Shown piece by piece: positions 54,265 to 63,126 of a stretch of DNA of 64,000 nucleotides (position 1 is the first letter of the stretch; every line of letters starts with the position of its first letter). The translations under genes were made by a program, and so were the position numbers. This stretch comes from an uncultured Alcaligenaceae bacterium (GTDB lineage Bacteria; Pseudomonadota; Gammaproteobacteria; Burkholderiales; Casimicrobiaceae): contig CAZUGY010000002.1 of assembly GCA_964620265.1 (NCBI GenBank), forward strand, positions 13,504 to 77,503, read 5' to 3'. Below the pieces are notes generated by a model. The model ran no database searches and was not told the DNA's origin. It worked only from the letters and a program-made list of their open reading frames with translations.

Positions 54265-55458
54265 TCAGGAAGCGTTCGCGGGCGAGAGCACGTTGCGCGT
54301 GTGGCGCGCGATCATGAGCTCTTCGTTGGTGGGAAGTGCGAGCACCGCCACGCGGCTTTCGGGGGTGCTGATGCGGATGGCGCCGGCGGCATTGGCCGCG
54401 GGGTCGAGCGCCACGCCGAGCCACGCGGCATCGCGGCACACGCGCTCGCGCAGCGATACGCTGTGCTCGCCGATGCCCGCCGTGAACACGATCGCATCGA
54501 GCCCGCCCAGCGCCGCTGCGAGCGAGCCCAGCTCGCGGCCGATGCGGTAGACGAAGAGGTCGATCGCCTCGCGCGCGTGCGGATCGGCGCTCGCCTCGAG
54601 CGTGCGCATGTCGCTCGACACGCCGGACACGCCGAGGAGCCCGGACTGCTGGTAGATGAGCTTCTCGATGGCGCGCGCATCCATGTGCAGCTCGTTCATG
54701 CAGTAGAGCAGCACGCCGGGATCGATGTTGCCGCAGCGCGTGCCCATCGGGAGGCCGTCGACGGCGGTGAAGCCCATCGTGCTCGCCACGCTGCGCCCGG
54801 CGGCGAGCGCGCACATGCTGGCGCCGTTGCCCAGGTGCAGCACGACCGTCCGGCCCGTCGCCGCGCGCGCGTCGTGCCCGGGCAGCGCCTGCGCGATGTA
54901 CTCGTATGAGAGGCCATGGAAGCCGTAGCGCACGACACCACGCTCGCCGAATTCGCGCGGCAGCGCGAAGGCCTGCGCCACCGCGGGCTGGCTGCGGTGA
55001 AAGGCGGTGTCGAAGCACGCCACCTGCGGCAAATCGGGTTGTCGCGCCATCAGCAGGCGGATGGGTGCCAGGTTGTGCGGCTGGTGCAGCGGGGCGAGCG
55101 GCACGAAGCGCTCGAGCGCGGCGAGCACCCCGGCATCCACGCGGATGGGCCGCGCGTAATCCGGGCCGCCGTGCACCACGCGATGCCCCACGGCCGTGAG
55201 CGTGTACGCCGAGAAGCGCGCACGCAACAGCGCGATGAGGTAGTCGAGCGCGCCTTCGTGCCCGAGGCTCGCGCCGTCGCCCCAGGACTTCTCGTCGAAC
55301 ACCTTGCCGCTGCTGTCGCGCGCGACGAAGCGCGGCGAGGTGAACAGGCCCTCGGCCTGGCCGCTGGCGAAGACGGACAGCTCGCCTCCGCGCGGTTCGA
55401 AGAGCGAGAACTTGAGGCTCGACGAGCCCGCGTTGAGGACGGCGATCGCGTCGGGCAT
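54265..55458 (-). CDS. ackA: Acetate/propionate kinase
   Basis: LNAGSSSLKF, GHRVVHGG, FDTAFH, RYGFHGLSY, HLGNGAS, PMGTRCG and PTNEELMIA. Confidence 0.95.
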   Translation of the reverse strand: MPDAIAVLNAGSSSLKFSLFEPRGGELSVFASGQAEGLFTSPRFVARDSSGKVFDEKSWGDGASLGHEGALDYLIALLRARFSAYTLTAVGHRVVHGGPDYARPIRVDAGVLAALERFVPLAPLHQPHNLAPIRLLMARQPDLPQVACFDTAFHRSQPAVAQAFALPREFGERGVVRYGFHGLSYEYIAQALPGHDARAATGRTVVLHLGNGASMCALAAGRSVASTMGFTAVDGLPMGTRCGNIDPGVLLYCMNELHMDARAIEKLIYQQSGLLGVSGVSSDMRTLEASADPHAREAIDLFVYRIGRELGSLAAALGGLDAIVFTAGIGEHSVSLRERVCRDAAWLGVALDPAANAAGAIRISTPESRVAVLALPTNEELMIARHTRNVLSPANAS

Positions 55459-55460
55459 CG

Positions 55461-56402
55461 TCAGGCGAGCGCCTTGCCGGGCGCTTCGCGCCGCGCGCTG
55501 GCAACGAGCGACGCGATGCCGCACGAGGCAAGGCGGGTGGTGTTGGAGTCGGCGCGGCTGGTGAGGATGATCGGCACGCGCGCGCCGAGCACGATGCCGG
55601 CGGCGTCGGCGCCGGCGAGGAACGACAGGCTCTTGGCGAGCATGTTGCCCGCCTCGAGATCCGGCACGACAAGCACGTTGGCCCGTCCGGCCACCGGCGA
55701 ATCGATCTTCTTGATCTTCACCGACTCGAGGCTGATCGCGTTGTCGAGCGCGAGCGGACCGTCGAGGATGGCGCCCGTGATCTGCCCGCGATCGGCCATC
55801 TTGCACAGCGCGCCCGCCTCGACCGTGGACGGGACCTTGGGATTCACCGTCTCCATCGCGGAGAGGATGGCGACACGCACTTCGGGAAAGCGCATGGCGT
55901 GCCCGAGGTCGATGGCGTTCTGGATGATGTGGACCTTGTCCTCCATCGTGGGGGCGATGTTGATCGCCGCGTCGGTGACGATGAGGGTCTCGCTGTACGA
56001 GGGCACGTCCATGACGAAGCAGTGGCTGACCCGGCGCGAGGTGCGCAAGCCCGTCTCGCGCCGCACCACCGCACCCATGAGCTCGTCGGTATGCAGGCTC
56101 CCCTTCATGAGCGCCTCCGCCTTGCCCTCGCGCACGAGGGCCACCGCCCTGGCGGCGGAGGCCTCGGTATCCGCGGCATCGACGAGCGGCAGCGCGGCGA
56201 TGTCGATCCCGTGCTTGCGTGCGACCTCCTCGATGAGCGCCTTGGGACCCACGAGGATCGGGGCGATGAGCCCGAGCGCCGCGGCGTCCACCACTCCCCG
56301 CAGCGAGCTCTCGTCGCATGGGTACGCCACCGCGGTGGGCACCGGTGGCAGCGTCTTGCAGAAATCGAGGAGACGCTGGTATTTCTCGCGCGTTCGTTCC
56401 AT
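55461..56402 (-). CDS. pta: Phosphate acetyl/butyryltransferase (no MaoC domain)
   Basis: LMKGSLHT, DAAINIAP, DGPLALDNA, VPDLEAGNMLAK and GARVPIILTSRAD. Directly upstream of ackA. Confidence 0.88.
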   Translation of the reverse strand: MERTREKYQRLLDFCKTLPPVPTAVAYPCDESSLRGVVDAAALGLIAPILVGPKALIEEVARKHGIDIAALPLVDAADTEASAARAVALVREGKAEALMKGSLHTDELMGAVVRRETGLRTSRRVSHCFVMDVPSYSETLIVTDAAINIAPTMEDKVHIIQNAIDLGHAMRFPEVRVAILSAMETVNPKVPSTVEAGALCKMADRGQITGAILDGPLALDNAISLESVKIKKIDSPVAGRANVLVVPDLEAGNMLAKSLSFLAGADAAGIVLGARVPIILTSRADSNTTRLASCGIASLVASARREAPGKALA

Positions 56403-56412
56403 GAGGGGCTCG

Positions 56413-58851
56413 CTAGGGGCGTGAAGAGGTCTTGGTCCCGGGTTTGCGCACGGTGCCGCGCTTGCGCACCGTCTTGCGTGCCCGCGGCGGGGCCGTGCCC
56501 CGGGTCACAGCCTTGGGCGCGGGCGTCTTCGCCTTCTTCGCGGGCGCCGCGGCAGGCGGGGATTGCAGCGCTAGCACGTGGCTCAGCTCCTCCACCATCG
56601 CGAGCTGGCCCTTGGTGGGATCGGTGCGCCGTACGCGCGGATCCTGCACGAGGCGGCGCACCAGCGTGACGAGGCGCGCGCGGTCGCGGGGGTCGCGCAG
56701 CAGCTCGGGCAAGGTGGCGAGCGCCTCGTCGGGCGCATAGCGGACGACGATGTCCTGCTCGCCCCGGATGCGCCGCCACTGGTCGGGCGGCATGTCGGGG
56801 AGAAGGTCGCGATACTCGCCCAGGAGCTGCTGGCGCGTGGACAGCCGCGACAGCAGCACGGGCTCGCCCTTGCGCGCCAGGAGGCAGGCCACGCGCGCCA
56901 GCGCCTCGGGATAGCCCCCCTGCGCCATCGAGGCCAGCGCCTCCTGCACGAAAGGCAGGTCGCGCGGCTCCGCCACGCCCGCCGGCGCGGACGGGCGCTT
57001 GTCCGCCACGTAGAGCGAGAAGACGTTGCCGTAGGTGAGGAAGAATGCCGCCTCGCTGGCGGCATCGCGCACTGCGCGATAGTGGTCGAGCGAGGCGCTG
57101 ATCGCCGCGGAGGCGGCCTTCTCCAGCTTCACGTAGGCATTGTCAGTGGCCGCGCTCGTGCGCTGCTCGCGCACCGCATGCGCGGCAGGGCCGAGCCAGG
57201 CAAGCCACGGATTGAGGTCGGAGACCGCCCAGCGCTGCGCGCGCAACGGATGCAGCGTGCGCGCGAGCTTGGCCGTGTACTCGTTGGCGCCTGCCTGCAC
57301 GAGCGGCTGCAGGAACAATTCGTAGGCGCGCTGGTTGAACTCGGAGACGGCGGCGAGCGCCTCGAACGGCTGCTCGTCGGCGCGCTGGAAGCGGTTCAGC
57401 CGCGCCATCACGCTCTCGAGCGTGCGCTCCTCGAAGGCGACGTCGAATTCGGTCGCCCCGCCGCGCCCCTTGCGCTCGCGGATGTGCATCGCATAGAGTC
57501 CGGGCGGGAGCATCTCGATCGAATGCAGCACCTCGACGATCTGCGCGTGCTCCTTGTTCGCCACCTTGCCGGAGACGAAGATGCCGAGATGGCCCACGCT
57601 CTCGTGCACCAGCCCCACGATGACCTGGCCGCGCGACTTGATCTCGTCGGTGGATCCGTAGACGTCGGCCACCCAGTTGAAGGCCTGCTGCGGCGGCGTG
57701 ATGTTGTCGCCCATCGACGCGAACAGGATGATCGGCGCCTTGATCGAGCGCAGGTCGAACACCTCGCCGCCCGGACCCTTCGTATCGCCCGTCCACAGCT
57801 TGTTGCCGACGAAGAGGTTGCGGGTGATCCACTCGATCTCCTCGCGGTTCATGAGGTAGAAGCCGCCCCACCAGCGCTCGAACTCGAGGAAGCGCGGGGG
57901 CTCGGTGTCGACGTTCGAGTAGAGGTGGTAGTACTTGTCCCAGAAGGTGTTGGCGGGATTGAGGTTCTCGAAGTTGTCGACGAGGTGCGCGCCGTCGAAC
58001 ACGCCGTCGCCCAGGTCGGCGGTGAGCGAGGCGAGCCAGGCGCCGCCCAGCATGCCGCCGGCGTAGCGCATCGGATTGTCGCCCGCGCCTTCGTCCCACG
58101 CGCCGCCCCAGTAGGACATCGGCGCGCCGTTGATCACGATGGGGCCGGTGTCGTCGGGATCGGCGGCGGCGAGCATCATCGCCGCCCACCCGCCCTGGCA
58201 GTTGCCGATGATGGCGGGCTTGGGGCTTTGCGGATGCAGCTCCCGCACCTTGCGCACGAAGGCCTGCTCCGCGCGGCACACGTCGAGCAGCGTCTGCCCG
58301 GGCTCGGGGTCGCGGAAGAAGATCACGAAGTAGACGGGATGGCCCGCGCGCAGCGCCACGCCCACCTGCGAGTCGTCCTTGAAGCCGCCGATGCCGGGAC
58401 CATGGCCCGCGCGCGGATCGATGATGACGTAAGGGCGGGACGTGGGATCGATCTGCGTGCCCGCGGGCGGCACGATGCGCACGAGCGCGTAGTTCACCGG
58501 GCGCGCGAGCGTGCGGCCATCGACCACGATCTCGTGCTCGAAGTGGAGCACGGGGGGCAGTCCGGCGTTGGCGTGCTCGAGGAAGGCATTGCCGCGCTGG
58601 CGCAACGTGTCCCAGAAGAGCACGGCGCGCTGGCTCGCGTCGACCGCGTAGGCGTACGCGTCGGTCCACAGGCGGGCGGCGTCGGCGGGCGTGGCGGGAG
58701 GCGCGCCCACGCCGTGGTCCTCGCGCGCCTGCGCGAGGCGCCGCGAGAGGGCATCCTGCGCGATCTCCACGCGCTTGCGGAAGACGGTGCCGACCTTGGT
58801 GGCGATGTCCTGGCTGCGTGCGAGCTTGCTCGCCGGGCTCGGCCTGCTCAT
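56413..58851 (-). CDS. DUF3141-family PhaC-like alpha/beta hydrolase
   Basis: IDPRAGHGPGIGGFK, nucleophile motif GNCQGG, SMGDNITPP (Asp), VGHLGIF (His) and RFLEFERWW. Basic C-terminal tail. Confidence 0.85.
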   Translation of the reverse strand: MSRPSPASKLARSQDIATKVGTVFRKRVEIAQDALSRRLAQAREDHGVGAPPATPADAARLWTDAYAYAVDASQRAVLFWDTLRQRGNAFLEHANAGLPPVLHFEHEIVVDGRTLARPVNYALVRIVPPAGTQIDPTSRPYVIIDPRAGHGPGIGGFKDDSQVGVALRAGHPVYFVIFFRDPEPGQTLLDVCRAEQAFVRKVRELHPQSPKPAIIGNCQGGWAAMMLAAADPDDTGPIVINGAPMSYWGGAWDEGAGDNPMRYAGGMLGGAWLASLTADLGDGVFDGAHLVDNFENLNPANTFWDKYYHLYSNVDTEPPRFLEFERWWGGFYLMNREEIEWITRNLFVGNKLWTGDTKGPGGEVFDLRSIKAPIILFASMGDNITPPQQAFNWVADVYGSTDEIKSRGQVIVGLVHESVGHLGIFVSGKVANKEHAQIVEVLHSIEMLPPGLYAMHIRERKGRGGATEFDVAFEERTLESVMARLNRFQRADEQPFEALAAVSEFNQRAYELFLQPLVQAGANEYTAKLARTLHPLRAQRWAVSDLNPWLAWLGPAAHAVREQRTSAATDNAYVKLEKAASAAISASLDHYRAVRDAASEAAFFLTYGNVFSLYVADKRPSAPAGVAEPRDLPFVQEALASMAQGGYPEALARVACLLARKGEPVLLSRLSTRQQLLGEYRDLLPDMPPDQWRRIRGEQDIVVRYAPDEALATLPELLRDPRDRARLVTLVRRLVQDPRVRRTDPTKGQLAMVEELSHVLALQSPPAAAPAKKAKTPAPKAVTRGTAPPRARKTVRKRGTVRKPGTKTSSRP

Positions 58852-58901
58852 GTCCTGGAACTCCAAAAGCCGAGCACCCGCGGCGTGCCAGCGCGTTGAG
58901 A

Positions 58902-59234
58902 CTATGAAGGCTCGCCGCCGAGCTTGTCGCCGATCCGCGTGCGGATGTTGGCGACGATGTCCTTGATCACTTCGGCGGTGAGGGTCTCGCCCATCGCACT
59001 CGAGGCCTTGTCGCGGATGTGGTAGTGGAGCATGAGCGCGTTGCGCAGCTTGTCGAAGGCAGGCTTGTTGGCCGTGCCGCAGACCGAGGCGTCGTTGGCG
59101 AGCACGCGCTCGATGATGCCCGGATCGAGCAGGCGAACCTTGCACAGCGTGGCGAGACGCGCGACCTCGCGATCGACGTCTTCGAGGTTCTTGGCCCACC
59201 ACTTCGTGCCCAGATTGCTCTTGTCGTCACTCAT
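58902..59234 (-). CDS. Hypothetical 110-aa cytoplasmic protein
   Basis: Clean ORF with protein-like composition (WWAKNLEDVDREVARLATLCKVRLLDPG...). Fills the gap between same-strand genes. Confidence 0.72.
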   Translation of the reverse strand: MSDDKSNLGTKWWAKNLEDVDREVARLATLCKVRLLDPGIIERVLANDASVCGTANKPAFDKLRNALMLHYHIRDKASSAMGETLTAEVIKDIVANIRTRIGDKLGGEPS

Positions 59235-59240
59235 GGTGTC

Positions 59241-59283
59241 ACCTTAGCCGCTCGATCGTGTCAAGACCATGACATGAATCATA
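59241..59283 (-). promoter_or_regulatory. AT-rich putative promoter with a Crp/Fnr-like palindrome
   Basis: ATGAT-tcat-GTCAT on the minus strand (59269-59282) is centred 41.5 nt upstream of the ATG at 59234. TAAGGT at 59246-59241 could be a -10 or an RBS. Confidence 0.35.
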
Positions 59284-59319
59284 TACTGCGGTTCCCGGGT
59301 GCGGGGCAAGCCGTCCCGG

Positions 59320-60531
59320 CTAGGGGCGGAACCAGGCATTGCCGACCACGAGATAGACCGCGCGCGTGCCCGGGCTCGCGGCGACGTCGATGCCCACGTG
59401 CATGCCGAACCTGCTCGCGAGCTCGTAGCGCACGCCGGCCCCGCCCGCACCGACGCTTTGCGTGAAGGAGCCGCGACTGTTGCTGGTCCATGCGCGGCCG
59501 GCGCCGCCGAAGCCGACCACGCTCCACCGGCCGTGGAACTGCCAGCGTGCCTCCACTTCCACCGAGCCGGCGTCGTCGCCCTGGTAGCGCATCGCGGGGA
59601 CGCCGCGCAGCTGCACGAACGGACGCATGAAGAAGGGGGTGCCCTCCGAGGTCCAGGTGTAAAGGCCGCGCGCGCCGAGGAAGACGTCGTCGCGCACCGG
59701 GTGCCAGCCGAGCAGCGTCTGGTCGAAGCGCTCGAAGTCCACCGAGGCGCCGAAGGATTCACGCGAGACGAAGTACGACGACTCGGCGTAGATCCCGTTC
59801 GTGGGCGTGAAGAGGCTGTCGCGCGTGTCGTACTCGAGCACGGCCGCCGGCGTGGAGAGGTTCACCCGGACGCGGTCGGCGAGGTTGGGGAAGAGCGGCT
59901 GGTCGCGCAGCCGCGGCTCCACTTCCGCGTAGAGATAGCGCAGCCCCACCGCCCACGGCGACTTCGGCGCGACCTGCCAGTTGGCCTGCAGAAGCGCGCC
60001 GGACATGGCGAGCGTGTAGCGTACGGCGACGTCGCGCGAGGTCGCGTCGCCCGACAGCCCGTAGAAGTCGAGGTTGACGAGGCCGGTGGCAGCGCCCGCG
60101 AGCGTGCGCAGGCGGCCGTCCAGCCACTTGCTCGAGTCGCCGGCCAGCGCCATCCAGGTCCCGTTCTCGGTGGCGATGGCGCCCACGGCCGAGATGTCGG
60201 GACGGGCGAAGCCCTCGTCGCCGGCGGCGTGGCGCGGGCGCAGGAACATGCCCACGATGCCGCCGCCGTAGCCCACCGCGGGCTCGGTCACCACGACCGG
60301 CACCGGGAGGAAATTGCGGGGCATGGCCAGGAACTTCGACAGGTCGAACTGGCCGTCGCGCGGATCGAAGAAGTCGCTCCAGGCGAGGCGCGGACCGAAC
60401 ACCGGCTTCTTCGCCGGATCGACCGCGGCGGCTTCGGCCTCGATCGCGTCCACGGTGGGCACCTGCGCATGCGCGGGAACGCCCGCCAGGAGAAGCGAGG
60501 CAACGATGCAGCATCGCAATGGCACGCGCAT
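59320..60531 (-). CDS. Omp85/BamA-TamA-family outer-membrane barrel without POTRA domains
   Basis: Signal peptide, then PVVVTEPAVGYGGG, LEYDTRDSLFTPTNG, QLRGVPAMRYQG (lid-loop RG motif) and GAGVRYEL..GIDVA. Confidence 0.78.
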   Translation of the reverse strand: MRVPLRCCIVASLLLAGVPAHAQVPTVDAIEAEAAAVDPAKKPVFGPRLAWSDFFDPRDGQFDLSKFLAMPRNFLPVPVVVTEPAVGYGGGIVGMFLRPRHAAGDEGFARPDISAVGAIATENGTWMALAGDSSKWLDGRLRTLAGAATGLVNLDFYGLSGDATSRDVAVRYTLAMSGALLQANWQVAPKSPWAVGLRYLYAEVEPRLRDQPLFPNLADRVRVNLSTPAAVLEYDTRDSLFTPTNGIYAESSYFVSRESFGASVDFERFDQTLLGWHPVRDDVFLGARGLYTWTSEGTPFFMRPFVQLRGVPAMRYQGDDAGSVEVEARWQFHGRWSVVGFGGAGRAWTSNSRGSFTQSVGAGGAGVRYELASRFGMHVGIDVAASPGTRAVYLVVGNAWFRP

Positions 60532-60614
60532 GACGAACCGACACCCGCGCGCGGAAGGCACCATCATGCCATCGGGCGCGCGCACGCTACCGCGGAAGGG
60601 ACGGCGCGAAATGA

Positions 60615-61238
60615 TCAGGGCTTCGGCAGGTTCGCCGCCGACAGGTCGCGTGCGAGCTCGGCGAGGATCTGCGACAGGGCCGTGTTCTGCGCCTCGACGT
60701 ACGCCGCGGCGCTTCCGGTCGTGAACGGGATCGCGCGCTCGTAGCTGCGCGTCCACACCGGCACGCCGGCATCGCCCGAGTGCGGGCGCAGGAACCAGGT
60801 GATGCGCAGCACGGCATTGGGCTTGGCCGGCACGCGGCCGTCGCCGTAGAGCGCCTCGACGAAGCCGTCGAGCACCCAGTTCGATTCCACCGCCACGCCG
60901 CCCGGCGCCACCGCATCGAAGACCCGGGCCGCCCTCAACGCGCGCACGGTGGCCTCGGCGACGTTGGCGCCCGGCGCCACGAGGAACTCGTGGTAGTAGT
61001 CGGTCTCGTACTTGAGGTCGGTCTCGCGATAGACGAACGTGCGCCCGCGATAGGGCGCGGCCACGGTGACGTTGCCCACGCGCAGCAGGCCCGGATGCGT
61101 GCGCACCACCGCAGGCGGCATCGCGGGCTCGAGGACGTAGGTCCCCTTGATGGGCGCCGGCCGCGAGCATCCCCCCACGAATCCGGACGCGGCGATCGCC
61201 GCGGCGGCGTGAACGAACTGACGGCGCGAAACGATCAT
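60615..61238 (-). CDS. ABC-type transport auxiliary lipoprotein (PqiC-like), probable Tat lipoprotein
   Basis: SRRQFV twin-arginine motif and VGGC lipobox. YRETDLKYETDYYHEFLVAPG. Overlaps the MCE gene. Confidence 0.8.
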   Translation of the reverse strand: MIVSRRQFVHAAAAIAASGFVGGCSRPAPIKGTYVLEPAMPPAVVRTHPGLLRVGNVTVAAPYRGRTFVYRETDLKYETDYYHEFLVAPGANVAEATVRALRAARVFDAVAPGGVAVESNWVLDGFVEALYGDGRVPAKPNAVLRITWFLRPHSGDAGVPVWTRSYERAIPFTTGSAAAYVEAQNTALSQILAELARDLSAANLPKP

Positions 61239-62296
61239 GGCTTGCGCTCCAGCGGTGCGGGCGGCTTGCCGAAGATCACGCTCGCGGGATAGCGTTTGGT
61301 GTCCTCGGTGAGATCGCGGAGGTTGTCCGTGATCGTCCGCAGGTTGTCGAAGGTGGTGGCGATGTCGGCATCCGAGGAACCGAAGAGGCGGTCGAAGCGG
61401 CCGGTGATGCGCTCGAGGTCGGCGATCGTCTTCGCGAGCTTGGGATCGCTCACGAGCTTGCGCACGCCGTCGATGGCCGCCGAGGTGTCCTCCGGGATCC
61501 TCGCCCATGCCGGATTCTCGAGCTGGGCTTTCAGCGCGGCATTGGACTGGCGCATCTCGGAGATGAGCGAATTGGCCTCGTCGGAGAGCTTCTTGACCTG
61601 CAGCTGCTCGAGGGCGGACTCGAGCTTCCCGAGCGTCCTTTCCGCCTGGGCGGAGAGCTTTCTCGTGTCGAGCCCCGCCACGCGCTCGTTGGTGGTGTCG
61701 AGGAGCCTGTCGATGCGCGCGACGGTCGCCTCGATGTCGACGCGATGCAGCTTCTCCAGGATGTCCTGCGCAGCATTCACGATGGCGGTGACCGTGGACG
61801 GCGCGCTCGGGATGTACAGGTTGTCGGGCGTCCAGTCGATCGGCAGCACGGGCGGCGGCGGATCGATGTAGTCCATCTCGAGGTAGCTCGTGCCGGTGAT
61901 GCCCTGCGGTGCGAGGCGCAGGCGCAGGCCCTTTTCCACTTCCATGCGGCCGCTCTCGGGATCGGTCATGTCGCCCGCCGCGGCGCGTCCGCCCACGAGA
62001 CGCGGCTGCAATTGCGCCTCCACGAGCACGTAGCGCTCGCGCTGGTTGATCGGCAGGTCGAGCTGGTAGCGCGTATAGGTGAAGGTGATCTTGGTGACCT
62101 CGCCGATGGTCACGCCGCGATACTTGAGGCGCGACCCGACGTCCAGGCCCTGCACCGACTCCTTGAAGTACGTCTCGATGAGGACCTTGCGCTCGAACCA
62201 GCGCCCGGTGCCGATGATGAGGAGCACGAGCACGCCGGCGACGATCGCGCCGATCACGAACAGGCCCAGCTTGAAGTAGTTGGCTTTCTGGCTCAT
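61235..62296 (-). CDS. MCE/MlaD-family protein with a long helical C-terminus
   Basis: FKLGLFVIG anchor, ESVQGLDVGSRLKYRGVTIGEV, LAPQGITGTSYLEM and terminal YPASVIFG. Confidence 0.92.
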   Translation of the reverse strand: MSQKANYFKLGLFVIGAIVAGVLVLLIIGTGRWFERKVLIETYFKESVQGLDVGSRLKYRGVTIGEVTKITFTYTRYQLDLPINQRERYVLVEAQLQPRLVGGRAAAGDMTDPESGRMEVEKGLRLRLAPQGITGTSYLEMDYIDPPPPVLPIDWTPDNLYIPSAPSTVTAIVNAAQDILEKLHRVDIEATVARIDRLLDTTNERVAGLDTRKLSAQAERTLGKLESALEQLQVKKLSDEANSLISEMRQSNAALKAQLENPAWARIPEDTSAAIDGVRKLVSDPKLAKTIADLERITGRFDRLFGSSDADIATTFDNLRTITDNLRDLTEDTKRYPASVIFGKPPAPLERKP

Positions 62297-62307
62297 GGCG
62301 CTCGAGG

Positions 62308-63126
62308 CTAGGCGGATTCCGGGGCAAGCTCCGCCTGCCGGTGGAAGAACTGGCGCACGTAGGGATCGGCGCTCTCGTCGCGCAGCGTGCGCGGGTCGCC
62401 GCTGGCGATGATCCCCTTGACCCGCTTGTCCAGCATGATGACACGATCGGCGATCGCGTAGATCGAGGCGAGCTCGTGCGTGACGATCACGAACGTCACG
62501 CCGAGGCTCTCGGCCAGGCGCCGGATCAGCGCATCGAGCTCGGCGGAGGTGATGGGATCGAGGCCCGCGGAAGGCTCGTCGAGGAAGAGGATCGGCGGAT
62601 CGAGCGCCATCGCGCGCGCGATGGCGGCGCGCTTCTGCATGCCGCCGGAGATCTCGTTGGGCAGGTGCCCCGTGAACTGCACGAGGCCCACGAGCGAGAG
62701 CTTCATGCGCGCGAGCAGCTCCATCTGCCCGGCATCGAGCGCGGTGAACACCTCCATCGGCAGGCGCACGTTCTCGAGCAGCGTCATCGAACCGAAGAGC
62801 GCGCCCGACTGGTACATGACGCCGAAGCGGCGCAGGATCGCGTCGCGCGCCGGGCCGTCGGCGGCGACGATGTCCTGGCCCTCGATGTACACGTGGCCGG
62901 CCACCACGTCGTAGAGGCCGATCATGTGCTTCAGCAGCGTGCTCTTGCCGCAGCCCGAGCCGCCGAGGATCACGAAGACCTCGCCGCGCTTCACGTCGAA
63001 GCTCACGTTCTCGAGGATCGTGCGGCCGTCGTAGCCGGCGGTGAGGCCGTCGACGCGGATGATGGGCGCGCCGCGCGGGACGACGGAGCCGTCGTCGGCC
63101 ATCGCCGGCGTCGTATCGGCGCTCAT
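62308..63126 (-). CDS. MlaF/Mkl-type ABC ATPase
   Basis: GGSGCGKST, YQSGALFGSMT, ISGGMQKRAAIARA, LFLDEPSAGLDP and IVTHEL. Confidence 0.94.
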   Translation of the reverse strand: MSADTTPAMADDGSVVPRGAPIIRVDGLTAGYDGRTILENVSFDVKRGEVFVILGGSGCGKSTLLKHMIGLYDVVAGHVYIEGQDIVAADGPARDAILRRFGVMYQSGALFGSMTLLENVRLPMEVFTALDAGQMELLARMKLSLVGLVQFTGHLPNEISGGMQKRAAIARAMALDPPILFLDEPSAGLDPITSAELDALIRRLAESLGVTFVIVTHELASIYAIADRVIMLDKRVKGIIASGDPRTLRDESADPYVRQFFHRQAELAPESA

